From an uncultured Gammaproteobacteria bacterium (GTDB lineage: Bacteria > Pseudomonadota > Gammaproteobacteria > UBA9214): DNA of 64,000 nt. The number at the start of each line of letters is the position of its first letter. Within the stretch, counting starts at the first letter, position 1. The DNA is taken from contig CAVVHS010000003.1 in the NCBI GenBank assembly GCA_963748215.1, positions 32,001 to 96,000 on the forward strand. The letters run 5' to 3'. This document shows, one piece after another, positions 55,078-64,000 of this stretch. Made by a program: the position numbers and the translations under genes. A model generated the notes under the pieces. It had not been told where the DNA came from. It made no database searches and was given only the letters and a program-made list of their open reading frames with translations.

Positions 55078-56454
55078 ATGGCAATCAGTGTTTTTGACCT
55101 GTTCAAGGTCGGTATCGGTCCATCAAGTTCGCACACCGTCGGTCCCATGCGTGCCGCCGGCATGTTCGCGCGCGGTCTGCTGGCGCGCAAGCCGGGTGAC
55201 GCATTGGCCCGCATCCGGGTCGAATTGTACGGCTCCCTGGGCGCGACCGGTAAGGGGCACGGTACCGACAAGGCGGTTATTCTCGGCCTGGAAGGCGCGG
55301 AGCCGGAAACCGTGGATACCAACAGCATACCCGCCTGGCTGGCGCGCGTCAGCGACGTCGGCCGCCTCAAGCTGCTGGGTGAACACGAGCTGACCTTCGA
55401 CGCCGTCCAGGACCTGCAGTTCTACCGGCAGAAGGCGTTGCCCTATCATCCCAACGGCATGAAATTTCATGCCTATGACAGTGACGGCAACATTATCTAC
55501 TCGCGCACCTACTATTCGGTCGGCGGCGGCTTCGTCGTCAATGAAACCGCGGCCGGTGAAGATCGCATTGTGGCAGATGCCACGGTATTACCGTTCCCGT
55601 TCACGACCGGAATGGAACTGCTGGCGCACTGCGAAGAGCAGGGCGTGTCCGTCAGCGAGATCATGCTGCAGAACGAGCGCGCCTGGCGCAGCACGGCCGA
55701 TATCCGTGCAGGCCTGCTGCATATCTGGTCGGTCATGCAGGAATGCGTGGAGCGCGGCTGCGCCACCGAGGGTGTGTTGCCCGGCGGGCTGAAGGTCAAG
55801 CGCCGTGCCGCCCGCCTGCATCGCCAGCTGATCGGCGAGAAGGAATTGCACCGGGTGCCGCTCGGCACCATGGACTGGGTCAACCTGTACGCGCTGGCGG
55901 TGAACGAGGAAAATGCGGCCGGTGGGCGGGTGGTCACGGCACCGACCAATGGCGCGGCCGGTATCGTGCCGGCGGTGATGCATTACTTCTGGAAGTTCTG
56001 CTCGGGTTACAGCGAGGATGCGATTATGCGATTTCTGCTGACGGCCGGAGCGATCGGTATCCTGTACAAGGAGAATGCCTCCATTTCGGGCGCCGAGGTT
56101 GGCTGCCAGGGCGAGGTGGGCTCGGCCTGTTCCATGGCCGCCGGGGCGCTGACCGAGGTGACCGGCGGCACACCGCAACAGGTGGAGAATGCCGCCGAGA
56201 TCGCCATGGAACACAATCTCGGCCTGACCTGCGATCCCGTCGGCGGCCTGGTGCAGGTGCCGTGCATCGAGCGCAACGCGATGGGCGCGGTGAAGGCGAT
56301 CAATGCCTCGCGCATGGCGCTGCGCGGTGACGGCACGCACTTCGTCTCGCTCGACAAGGTCATCAAGACCATGCGCGAGACCGGCGCCGACATGAAGACA
56401 AAGTACAAGGAAACCGCTCGTGGCGGTCTCGCCGTGAATGTGATCGAGTGCTGA
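55078..56454 (+). CDS. sdaA: L-serine ammonia-lyase (Fe-S, single chain)
   Basis: [40 protein letters not shown]. Confidence 0.96.
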   Translation: MAISVFDLFKVGIGPSSSHTVGPMRAAGMFARGLLARKPGDALARIRVELYGSLGATGKGHGTDKAVILGLEGAEPETVDTNSIPAWLARVSDVGRLKLLGEHELTFDAVQDLQFYRQKALPYHPNGMKFHAYDSDGNIIYSRTYYSVGGGFVVNETAAGEDRIVADATVLPFPFTTGMELLAHCEEQGVSVSEIMLQNERAWRSTADIRAGLLHIWSVMQECVERGCATEGVLPGGLKVKRRAARLHRQLIGEKELHRVPLGTMDWVNLYALAVNEENAAGGRVVTAPTNGAAGIVPAVMHYFWKFCSGYSEDAIMRFLLTAGAIGILYKENASISGAEVGCQGEVGSACSMAAGALTEVTGGTPQQVENAAEIAMEHNLGLTCDPVGGLVQVPCIERNAMGAVKAINASRMALRGDGTHFVSLDKVIKTMRETGADMKTKYKETARGGLAVNVIEC

Positions 56455-56509
56455 TGCATGCCGTCGGCATATGTGTCGGCCCCTGTTATCCCGCAGGTGT
56501 GTCTATCTT

Positions 56510-56672
56510 TGTAGGAGCGCTTCGCAAGGCCGCTCACGGCATGGCCCAGGCCAGTCTATCGACCGCTGCGCGGCCTCACCTTCTCCCTGCCTCCCGCGGC
56601 ACTTGTACATCCCTGTACATCGCGCGATCTTCGCCGACTAGAAAAAGATCGCGGATGAGATCTGCTCCTGCA
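56510..56672. repeat. GTAG-type REP dyad with a nested ANGGA-hairpin cassette
   Basis: Left end TGTAGGAGCGC; right arm ATCGCGGATGAGATCTGCTCCTGCA matches the intact dyad at 60951-61015; insert at 56528-56622. Confidence 0.7.
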
Positions 56673-56677
56673 GGAAG

Positions 56678-57733
56678 CTATTTTTTCTTCAGCCGCTGGT
56701 GCATGTCCAGCAGCGTGCGTTCGGTGGTGTCCCAGTCGATGCAGGCGTCCGTCACCGAGACGCCGTACTTCAGGTCGGCCATGTTTTCGTGAATCGGCTG
56801 GCTGCCGGCGTGGATGTTGCTTTCCATCATCAGGCCGATGATGGAGGCGTTACCCGCAAGAATCTGCCGGGTGACTTCTGCCGCGACGCCCGGTTGCAGG
56901 TCCGGGTTCTTGCACGAATTGTCATGGCTGCAGTCGACCATGATGCAGGAACTGACGCCGGCCTCGGCCAGGGCCTGTTCGCAGCGGGCGATGCTTGCCT
57001 CGTCGTAGTTGGGCTGGCCGTTGCCGCCCCTGAGCACGATGTGGCCATAGGCGTTACCGGTGGTCTCTACCGTGGCCACGTGGCCGCCCGAGTCGATGCC
57101 GAGAAAGATGTGCGGATGGCTGACCGATTGCAGGGCATTGATGGCGACGGCGAAGCTGCCATCGGTGCCGTTCTTGAAACCAACCGCGCAGGACAGGCCG
57201 CTGGACATCACGCGGTGGGTCTGTGACTCGGTGGTACGGGCACCGATCGCCGACCAGGAAATCAGGTCCTGGATATATTGCGGCGAGATGGGGTCGAGTG
57301 CCTCGGTCGCCAGCGGCAGCCCCAGCTCGGCGAGGTCCAGCAGCAGCTTGCGCGCGATGTGCAGGCCTTCCTCGATTTCGAAGGAGCCGTTCATGTGCGG
57401 GTCGTTGATCAGCCCTTTCCAGCCGATGGTGCTGCGCGGTTTCTCGAAATAGACCCGCATCACCAGGAACAGGGTGTCGCTGACCTCGTCGGCCAGCACC
57501 CGGAGCCGCTTGCCGTAATCGATGGCGGCAGCCGGATCATGGATGGAGCAGGGACCCACCACGATCATCTGGCGCTTGTCCTTGCGGTCCAGGATATCGC
57601 GCACGCTGGCACGGTTGCGGATGACGGAATCCACCACGCCGGCGGTGTTCGGCAGCCGGCGCTTCAGCTCATCCGGCGTGATCAGGCGCTTGACCGCGCT
57701 GATGTTGATGTCTTCGATACGGTGGTCGGTCAT
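56678..57733 (-). CDS. Class I DAHP synthase (AroF/G/H type)
   Basis: GPCSIHD, RVYFEKPR, IGARTTESQ, GFKNGTDG, DCSH, SVTDACI. Confidence 0.95.
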   Translation of the reverse strand: MTDHRIEDINISAVKRLITPDELKRRLPNTAGVVDSVIRNRASVRDILDRKDKRQMIVVGPCSIHDPAAAIDYGKRLRVLADEVSDTLFLVMRVYFEKPRSTIGWKGLINDPHMNGSFEIEEGLHIARKLLLDLAELGLPLATEALDPISPQYIQDLISWSAIGARTTESQTHRVMSSGLSCAVGFKNGTDGSFAVAINALQSVSHPHIFLGIDSGGHVATVETTGNAYGHIVLRGGNGQPNYDEASIARCEQALAEAGVSSCIMVDCSHDNSCKNPDLQPGVAAEVTRQILAGNASIIGLMMESNIHAGSQPIHENMADLKYGVSVTDACIDWDTTERTLLDMHQRLKKK

Positions 57734-57923
57734 GGTGTTTCCGGTCCGTTCCGGGGCGTGTCAATTTGCGGGCAGATCATACCAGAGTGGGGCGCCGGCG
57801 GCCGGATTCCGGCCCGCCGGACCGGCGCGGGATCAGCCACTGGCTGGTAGTTACGGGCCGGGCGGGCCGGCGGGCCATGCCTGCGCCGGCGTGACATGGA
57901 AGTGAAGCGAAGGTGGGATTTTC

Positions 57924-58044
57924 GCCCGTATTTCAAACCGGATCGGTACTGCGGCGACCCGGGGGCCGGTTGCCGCTGGGTTTCAAAGGTCGCCGGGCCA
58001 TGCACCGGGGCGTTCCACCCTCGCCCGGTGGGAAATGCGGGTCA
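57924..58044. mobile_element. Degenerate shorter copy of the 44148-44395 MITE-like element
   Basis: Left GCCCGTATTTCAAACCGG, right CCCGGTGGGAAATGCGGGTCA; right end coincides with the HDOD stop codon. Confidence 0.5.
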
Positions 58045-58899
58045 ACCCAGGGCCGACTCCATGGAGCTGATTTCCTCGGCGGATTCCTCAAGGATCTTGC
58101 GTATGGCTTCATAGGATATGCGCAGGCGTTTGCAGGCCGGTATGGACGCGAAGTCCGGCATCTCGTCCTCGGCCAGGTCCTTGATGTTGTCGATCAGGTT
58201 CGCCACCAGCACGACGTCGACAATGTCCGGCGAGGTGTAATGATTGCGCTCCAGCGACTCGTGTTCGTCCACGGCCTCGGCGATCGATACGGGGAAACCC
58301 CAGGATTCGACGATGGCCTTGCCGACGCCGGTATGCCAGCCGGCCAGCAGCTCATCGAGCTGCTGCGGATCATCGAACAGGTCCGGGAAGGCCTGCACGC
58401 GATTCAGGATGTAGAACTTGCCGATGTCATGCAGCAGGCCCGCCAGCATCGCATCTTCCGCATGCTCGAAACCCGGCTGGCGCCTGGCGAGGATGTAGGC
58501 CAGCGCCGCGACATGTGAACTGTGTTTGCGGACGGCATCGATACGTTCATGCAGGATGCTGCCCGCCGGCGCCTTGAAGGTGGTGTCCAGGGCCATCGAG
58601 ACAACGGTATTGCGAACCAGCTCCAGGCCGATCCGGCTGAGCGCGGTCTTCACGTCGGTGATCTCGATGGTGCCGCGGCGCAACAATGCCGAGTTTGCCA
58701 TTCTGACCAGCCGGGTGGTGAGTACCGGGTCAGCCACAATGATGCGGGCGATTTTGTCGATGCTGACATCGGGGTCACTCATGGCTTCGCGGATCTTGAT
58801 GGCAATGTCGGGAAAGGGGGGTATGTCGAATTCCTGGTGGGACAGTTCCTGGCCCAGTGTTTTAACAAACGCGAATGCAGCACTTTGTGAATTGCTCAT
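58042..58899 (-). CDS. HDOD domain protein
   Basis: PPFPDI, DPVLTTRLVRMANS, LAGLLHDIGK, HTGVG..IVESWGFP. Confidence 0.92.
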   Translation of the reverse strand: MSNSQSAAFAFVKTLGQELSHQEFDIPPFPDIAIKIREAMSDPDVSIDKIARIIVADPVLTTRLVRMANSALLRRGTIEITDVKTALSRIGLELVRNTVVSMALDTTFKAPAGSILHERIDAVRKHSSHVAALAYILARRQPGFEHAEDAMLAGLLHDIGKFYILNRVQAFPDLFDDPQQLDELLAGWHTGVGKAIVESWGFPVSIAEAVDEHESLERNHYTSPDIVDVVLVANLIDNIKDLAEDEMPDFASIPACKRLRISYEAIRKILEESAEEISSMESALG

Positions 58900-58976
58900 G
58901 ATTTCACCCGGTCCATGGTTGCGAGGTTCATCCCTGATCTGGTGCCAGTTATCCCGAGGGGGCGGCACATCTGCTG

Positions 58977-59003
58977 CTATCGGCCGTGCCGGCCGAGAAT
59001 TGA
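58977..59003 (-). promoter_or_regulatory. sigma28 (FliA)-type promoter
   Basis: Minus strand TCAA-N15-GCCGATAG, ~80 bp upstream of the HDOD ATG. Confidence 0.6.
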
Positions 59004-59054
59004 CCCCCCCAAAGCCGCCCTGTGGCGCGTCGTCCGGGCGGCGGGGTGTGGCAC

Positions 59055-59264
59055 TCAGGTCAGGGCGACGAAACCGAGGTAAGCGATGCTGGACAGCACC
59101 AGGCCGGTCCCCCAGATGGTCAGCCAGTAGTGGCGGCTGCGCAGGCCGGCAAACATAAAACCGATACCGATCACGCAGCTGAGCATCGCGATACCGGCAA
59201 AGGCGCCCTGGTCCAGGAGCGGGCCGGTAGGCAGGTCGGGTGGTTCACCGATGCGGTAGCGCAT
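59055..59264 (-). CDS. Small two-TM membrane protein
   Basis: 69 aa, two hydrophobic helices, co-directional and close to the SLT gene. Confidence 0.65.
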   Translation of the reverse strand: MRYRIGEPPDLPTGPLLDQGAFAGIAMLSCVIGIGFMFAGLRSRHYWLTIWGTGLVLSSIAYLGFVALT

Positions 59265-59286
59265 AACAGACGTAGGCCGGGCCGGC

Positions 59287-59839
59287 TCAGTGTTTGTCCA
59301 TCAGGCGACGGATGCGCCGGACGTAATGGCGAGTCTGGCCTGGCACGTGCGGTGCGACCTCTTCCCAGGACGCGCTCGGCGGATCGACGCGCTGATAGGT
59401 GTTCTTGATGCGCGTGTAACCGGCATTATAGCTGCCGAAGGCAAAATACAGCCGCTCGTCGCCCGGTGGCGGCGATTTCCAGCGCTTGTACAGCGTGCGG
59501 TCGTAATAGACCCCGGCGGCGATATTCCAGCGCGGCGAGTCCATGTCCTGCATATGGGGATTCTTTTTCTGGATCTCCTCGGTAGGTGCCGGGCAGGATC
59601 TGCATAATGCCGCGTGCACCGGACTTGCTTTTGGCTTTCGGGTTCAGGCCGGATTCCGCGATGGCCTGTGCCTTGAACCATCGCCAGTCGAAGCCGGGGC
59701 CGAAATAGTGTTTTGCATATTTTTTGAAGTGCACGTCGTACTTGTCCGACCAGTCGCTGACCTTCTTCTTCTGGCCCGTGCTGGCCCAGGCAGTCGTGGC
59801 CAGTGCCAGCAGTAGCAAGGTGACGGCGGGTGACGGCAT
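59287..59839 (-). CDS. Lytic transglycosylase (SLT domain) with an apparent 1-bp frameshift near 59581
   Basis: Signal peptide, AIAESGLNP, GARGIMQI in one frame; NIAAGVYY, SYNAG, QTRHYV in the next. Confidence 0.85.
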
Positions 59840-59848
59840 GGCCAGGGG

Positions 59849-60082
59849 CTAGTTCAAGCCCAGGCCGATGACCAGGCCGATGCCGATACCGATGCCGATG
59901 AACATGCCCATCACCATCATGCCGACGGCCTGGTTGCCCTTGCGGAGTTCGTCGCCGATATCGAAGCTGCAGACAATCCGGTTGAACATCGTACAACCCA
60001 GCCACATGAAGCCCAGCGTCATGACCCCGCCGATGGCCGCGTAGAGAAAATTCATCATGATGGGATCGAATGTATCCGTCAT
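59849..60082 (-). CDS. DUF350 family small membrane protein
   Basis: TM-FDIGDELRKGNQAVG-TM pattern; GGAGG RBS. Confidence 0.8.
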   Translation of the reverse strand: MTDTFDPIMMNFLYAAIGGVMTLGFMWLGCTMFNRIVCSFDIGDELRKGNQAVGMMVMGMFIGIGIGIGLVIGLGLN

Positions 60083-60227
60083 GCCGTCACCTCCCGGGCG
60101 CTTCTTTATTGGACAGGAAACCGATATTCGTCATTGCTTACACCATGACCGAGACATCGGTAAGACTACAAGCCTCTGCCTGAACTATAAGCAGAAACCA
60201 CCACCATCTCCAACAGGATCGAAAGAT

Positions 60228-60343
60228 CAGGGAACATCTGATTAATTCGCTCATTGTCATCCCGGCGTATGCCGGGATCCAGTGTTTTCAATGGCCTGGA
60301 TGCCGGCTTTCGCCGGCATGACGTATTAATCAGATATAGCTTG
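60228..60343. repeat. Palindromic MITE/REP-like element
   Basis: Outer 11-bp IR ATCTGATTAAT/ATTAATCAGAT enclosing GTCATCCCGGC-GTAT-GCCGGGATCCA ... TGGATGCCGGC-TTTC-GCCGGCATGAC. Confidence 0.7.
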
Positions 60344-60368
60344 GGTAAATCATAATATTGTGAAATAT

Positions 60369-60848
60369 TCACCGGGCTGCAGGTGCGGGCGGCCTGTTGT
60401 AGAGGTCCTCGAACGTGGCCGGGCTGAAACCGTTCAGGCGATGTCTGCCGACCAGGATCACCGGCACGCCGCGCGCGCCGAGTTTTTTGAAATCCCGCTT
60501 TCCCCTGGAGCTGGTCTCGACATCATGCTCGGTAAAGCCGATCCGCCTGTCCTGGAAGTAGCGCCGGGCCTTCTTGCACACGCCGCACCAGCTGGCGCTG
60601 TACATCACGACACTGTCGTCGGCCTGGAAGACCTCGGCGAGCGCCTCGATGCCGGGCGAGGGATAGGTGTTGACGCGCAGCCTGACAACTTCCGCCTCCA
60701 CCGCGACCGGCGGCCGGTCGCCGAAATGCACATTGCCCCCGCTGTCGGTCCAGCGGTGGATGTCACCGGCGGCTGCGGTTGGTTGCACAAGCAGGGACAG
60801 CATGAACATCAGTGCAAGACGGACTTTGTCGATGGGCGATACTGGCAT
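60369..60848 (-). CDS. DUF4124 plus glutaredoxin-like exported protein
   Basis: Signal-like segment; IHRWTDSGGNVHFGDRPP; YSASWCGVC; GVPVILVG. Confidence 0.85.
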   Translation of the reverse strand: MPVSPIDKVRLALMFMLSLLVQPTAAAGDIHRWTDSGGNVHFGDRPPVAVEAEVVRLRVNTYPSPGIEALAEVFQADDSVVMYSASWCGVCKKARRYFQDRRIGFTEHDVETSSRGKRDFKKLGARGVPVILVGRHRLNGFSPATFEDLYNRPPAPAAR

Positions 60849-60950
60849 GGCAAGTGTTTCCGTCAACGGTGCAAAAAGCGTCAGCCTGGTGATAATAACG
60901 GTAGGCAGGTTCGAGGCTTGACGAGGCGTTCACCCAGGAGCATAGGATGT

Positions 60951-61015
60951 TGTAGGAGCGGATCCCATCCGCGATCATTTTAAATACCGCATCGCGCATG
61001 AGATGCGCTCCTACA
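60951..61015. repeat. Intact GTAG-type REP dyad (REPIN-like)
   Basis: TGTAGGAGCGGATCCCATCCGCGAT ... ATCGCGCATGAGATGCGCTCCTACA. Confidence 0.85.
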
Positions 61016-61057
61016 GCAGGAGCTAGACCTGTGGAGCTGGGAAGGCGTGTAGTCAGA

Positions 61058-61226
61058 TGTAGGGTGCGTTTTACGCACCGGGAATGGTGCGTTGTATGAG
61101 CGGATGCGGTCCGTTGCTACGGGCGCGTCGCTCCCGGCATCCCTGCCTCCCGGCGACGATGGACAGGAAGTCCAAGTGCCGTGAAGTACATGGATGTACG
61201 AGAGCGGCCGTACCTGCGTCCCTGCA
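61058..61226. repeat. Second REP-type dyad containing ANGGA-hairpin cassettes
   Basis: GTAGGGTGCGTTTTACGCACC arm; opposite arm GGTGCGTT... broken; cassettes at 61127-61157 (minus) and 61157-61209 (plus). Confidence 0.6.
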
Positions 61227-61229
61227 GGC

Positions 61230-61255
61230 AAAAAAAAGCCCCTCGTGCGAGGGGC
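61230..61255 (-). terminator. Intrinsic terminator of the qmo-hdr operon
   Basis: Minus strand GCCCCTCG-CA-CGAGGGGC followed by T8; extra hairpin GGGGACAGATT-TAAC-AATCTGTCCCC at 61268-61293. Confidence 0.85.
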
Positions 61256-61302
61256 CTTGGTTTCGAAGGGGACAGATTTAACAATCTGTCCCCGGCAGGC
61301 GG

Positions 61303-62202
61303 CTACTTGGAGGCGATCTCTTCCAGCTGCTTGGCCTTGATGACCTGGCCGTCGAGACCGGCTTCCTTGCCGTTCTTGCCGTAGGCCACGCTCATCAGCG
61401 TGGAGTAGTACACCACCGGCATTTTGAAGTTGGTCTTGTACTTCTGGTTGATGTGGTTCTGGTATACCTCGACGTTCATCTGGCAGACCGGGCAGGGCGT
61501 GACGATCATGTCGGCACCGTCGTCGTAGGCCGACTCGATGATGTCCTTGATCAGTGCCTGGCTCTTTTCCGGCTCGGAGAAGGCCAGTGCGCCGCCGCAG
61601 CAGGACACCTTCTTGTCGTAGTTCTCGACCGGTTCGGCGCCCATGGTCTCGACCAGCTTGTCGAGGTACTTCGGGTTTTCGTAGGACTCGCCGTCGATGC
61701 CGAACGGGCGGTTGGTCTGGCAGCCGACGTAGCCGGCGATCTTGATGCCGTCCAGCGGCTTCTTCACATGCTTGCCGAGCTCGTCATAACCGAAGTCCTC
61801 GATCAGCACCTCGACCATGTGACGCACCTTCTGGTCGGCCTTGACGGTGAGACCGGCCGCGGACAGCGCCTCGTTGGTCTCCGCCATCAGCTTGCTGTCG
61901 TCGTGCAGGCGCTCCTGGGTCTCCTTGGTGGCGAGCCAGCAGGCGGCACAGGTGGCGACGATGTCCTGGCCGGGATTGGCCTGCTCGCTGATCGCCATGT
62001 TGCGCGCTGAGAGCGCCAGGCGCGGCAGCTCGCCGCCGCCGGCGTAACCGATGGAGGCGGAGCAGCAGTTCCAGTCCGGGATTTCGTTGAGTTCGATGTC
62101 CAGTGTCTCGCACATGCTGTTCACCGACACCATGTAGTTGGACGCGGACGCGGCCTTCTGCGAGGAACAGCCGGGATAGAAGGAATAGGATTTCTTGGAC
62201 AT
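61303..62202 (-). CDS. hdrB: Heterodisulfide reductase subunit B-like (two CCG domains)
   Basis: FYPGCS, DWNCCSA, CAACW, YVGCQ, SCCGG, TPCPVCQ. Confidence 0.92.
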   Translation of the reverse strand: MSKKSYSFYPGCSSQKAASASNYMVSVNSMCETLDIELNEIPDWNCCSASIGYAGGGELPRLALSARNMAISEQANPGQDIVATCAACWLATKETQERLHDDSKLMAETNEALSAAGLTVKADQKVRHMVEVLIEDFGYDELGKHVKKPLDGIKIAGYVGCQTNRPFGIDGESYENPKYLDKLVETMGAEPVENYDKKVSCCGGALAFSEPEKSQALIKDIIESAYDDGADMIVTPCPVCQMNVEVYQNHINQKYKTNFKMPVVYYSTLMSVAYGKNGKEAGLDGQVIKAKQLEEIASK

Positions 62203-62213
62203 GTCTGATTACC

Positions 62214-62841
62214 TCACTTGCCGGCCACGGGAATCCGCGCGGCCTCGAGTTCTTCTGCCTTTTTCAGGATGGCCTGCAGGCCCTTGGCGTCCTTGCACTT
62301 GTGACCGCCGATCAGCTCCATCGGGCTGAGCCGCTTGGTCAGCAGCATGCCGAGACCGACATCCTTCATCTTCAGCGAGGTCTTGATGCCCTCGCCGATG
62401 CCGTTCATGAAGTACAGCGCCAGGCCCAGCTTCAGCTCGTTGACGCGGCCGGTCTTGCTCAGGTTGTTCCAGAACAGCTGCGAGAACTTGTGCGGTCGGC
62501 TGGTTCTTCGGCGCGATGCCGAGGCGCTTCGCGTAGTGCGCCAGCCCGTGCATGATGTGGGTGATCGGCAGCTCGCGCGGACAGCGCACGATGCAGTTGT
62601 AGCAGGACGTGCACATCCACATGGAGGTGGACTGCAGCACCTCGTCACGCTTGCCGGCACGGATCATCATGAACAGTTCCTGCGGCGGGTGATCCCAGTG
62701 CGGGCCCAGCGGGCAGGAGCCCGAGCACACGCCGCACTGCATGCACATCTTCACCCATTCGCCTTCCTCGACGTTGTCCTCGACTTCGCGGAGAAAGTCG
62801 TTGCGGTACTGTTCGACCATTTGTTGATTGGCATCAGTCAT
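62214..62841 (-). CDS. hdrC: Heterodisulfide reductase subunit C-like 2x[4Fe-4S] protein with an apparent frameshift near 62492
   Basis: CMQCGVCSGSCP and CTSCYNCIVRCP; C-terminal KFSQLFW..GRVNE continues in another frame. Confidence 0.88.
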
Positions 62842-62851
62842 TGGTTTTCTC

Positions 62852-64000
62852 CTAGAACTTGAACGGGCTCAGGCCGATTTTTTCAACCGCTTCCGCCATG
62901 TCGTTGATCAGACGCGGGGCGCGTTCGATATCGGTGATGGCGACCTCGTAGGTCGAGACGCGCTCTTTCTCGAGGTTCAGTGTTTTCAGCGTCTCATCGA
63001 CCTTGCTCATGCGCTCTTGCGCCAGTTCCGAGCCCTTGACGAAGTGACACTGGTAGTTCTCGCCCTTCTGGCAGCCCATCAGCACGATGCCGTCATAGCC
63101 GCTGTTCAGCGCGTCGGTGATCCAGATGGTGTTGACGGAACCGAGGCAGCGTACCGGGATGACGCGGGCAAACGGCGATGTAGTGGTTGCCGTTCTGGGC
63201 GGCCATGTCGAGCGCCGGGTAGGCGTCGTTTTCGCAGGCCAGCACCAGGATGCGCGGCTTCTCCTCGAACTCGTCCGGCATCTCGACGTTCTTGAGCTGC
63301 TGGCCGACGGTCTCCACCGAGTAGTTCTCGAAGGAGATGACGCGCACCGGGCAGGCGCCCATGCAGGTGCCGCAGCGGCGGCAGCGCGACTCGTTGAACA
63401 CCGGGTAGCGTTTCTCGTCCTCGTCGATGGCGCCGAACGGGCATTCCACCGTGCAGCGCTTGCACTGCGTGCAGCCTTCCTTGCGGAAGCTCGGGAACGA
63501 CAGGTCGCCGGAACGCGGATGCGCGGCGCGGCCGAGCTTGGCGTTTTCCAGCGCCTGGATGGCCTTCAGGGCGGCGCCGGTGGCGTCTTCCTTGGCCTGC
63601 TGCATATCCATCGGGCGGCGCACCGGGCCGGCGGAGTAGATGCCGGTGCGGCGCGTTTCGTACGGGAAGCAGATGAAGTGCGAATCGTTGAAGCCGTACT
63701 TCAGGTGCGGCAGGTCCGGGCCCTGGCGGTAGGTCAGGTTGAGGATGGAGTCGACCTTGACTTCGGGTGCCAGGTTATCCAGGTCGATCTCCTCTGCGTC
63801 CGCCGTGACCGGTAAATCGATGTTGACGCCGGAGTTCGGCACCATGCCGGTGGCCAGCACCACCAGGTCGGCGGTCTCGTTCACTTCCTCGTTCAGGATC
63901 AGGTCCTGGAACTTCACCTTTACGCTGCCGCCGTTGACGGCGACTGCGCTGACCGTGCCCTTGGTGAAGGTGATGCCCTTCTGCTGGCCGCTGCGGTAGA
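62852..64000 (-). CDS. qmoB: QmoB-like protein (HdrA C-terminus, ferredoxin, MvhD-like domain); 5'-truncated, apparent frameshift near 63179
   Basis: DLVVLATGMVP, SHFICFPYETRRTGIY, CTQCKRCTVECP, CRRCGTCMGACP, CENDAYPALD, then RVIPVRCLGS...YQCHFVKGS after a +1 shift. Confidence 0.9.

Overview
A GC-rich gammaproteobacterial chromosome segment, most likely from a sulfur-oxidising chemolithoautotroph. The evidence is a sulfur-globule-type Gly/Tyr/Trp protein, a qmoB-hdrC-hdrB module, two rhodanese proteins and the tkt-gap-pgk-pyk-fba(class II) operon. Most of it is core genome: an M16 peptidase pair, rsmD, a MacAB-type exporter, pyrC'-pyrB-pyrR-ruvX-algH-tonB, apbE-gshB, pilGHIJ-chpA-chpC, rsmE-bioA, metF-ahcY-metK, a PAS-GGDEF-EAL protein, srkA-djlA, nfeD-qmcA, mtgA, sdaA, a DAHP synthase and an HDOD protein. 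I see no CRISPR array, prophage, integrase, transposase, rRNA or tRNA. Single-base indels break ahcY, the metK 3' end, tkt, an SLT gene, hdrC and qmoB, and these look like long-read errors. The most interesting signals are not in the ORF track. (1) Five sigma28(FliA)-type promoters lie in front of a secreted rhodanese operon, the pil-chp operon, the c-di-GMP enzyme, a tandem-cNMP-rhodanese and the HDOD gene, suggesting a regulon linking surface sensing to sulfur transfer. (2) A secreted four-repeat C-X15-C protein is transcribed divergently from the sulfur globule gene. (3) A covarying two-hairpin ANGGA cassette is nested inside REP dyads at two loci. (4) Candidate structured RNAs lie upstream of tkt and bioA. 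(5) Two MITE-like families are present. All gene calls come from motif recognition by eye, with no database search.
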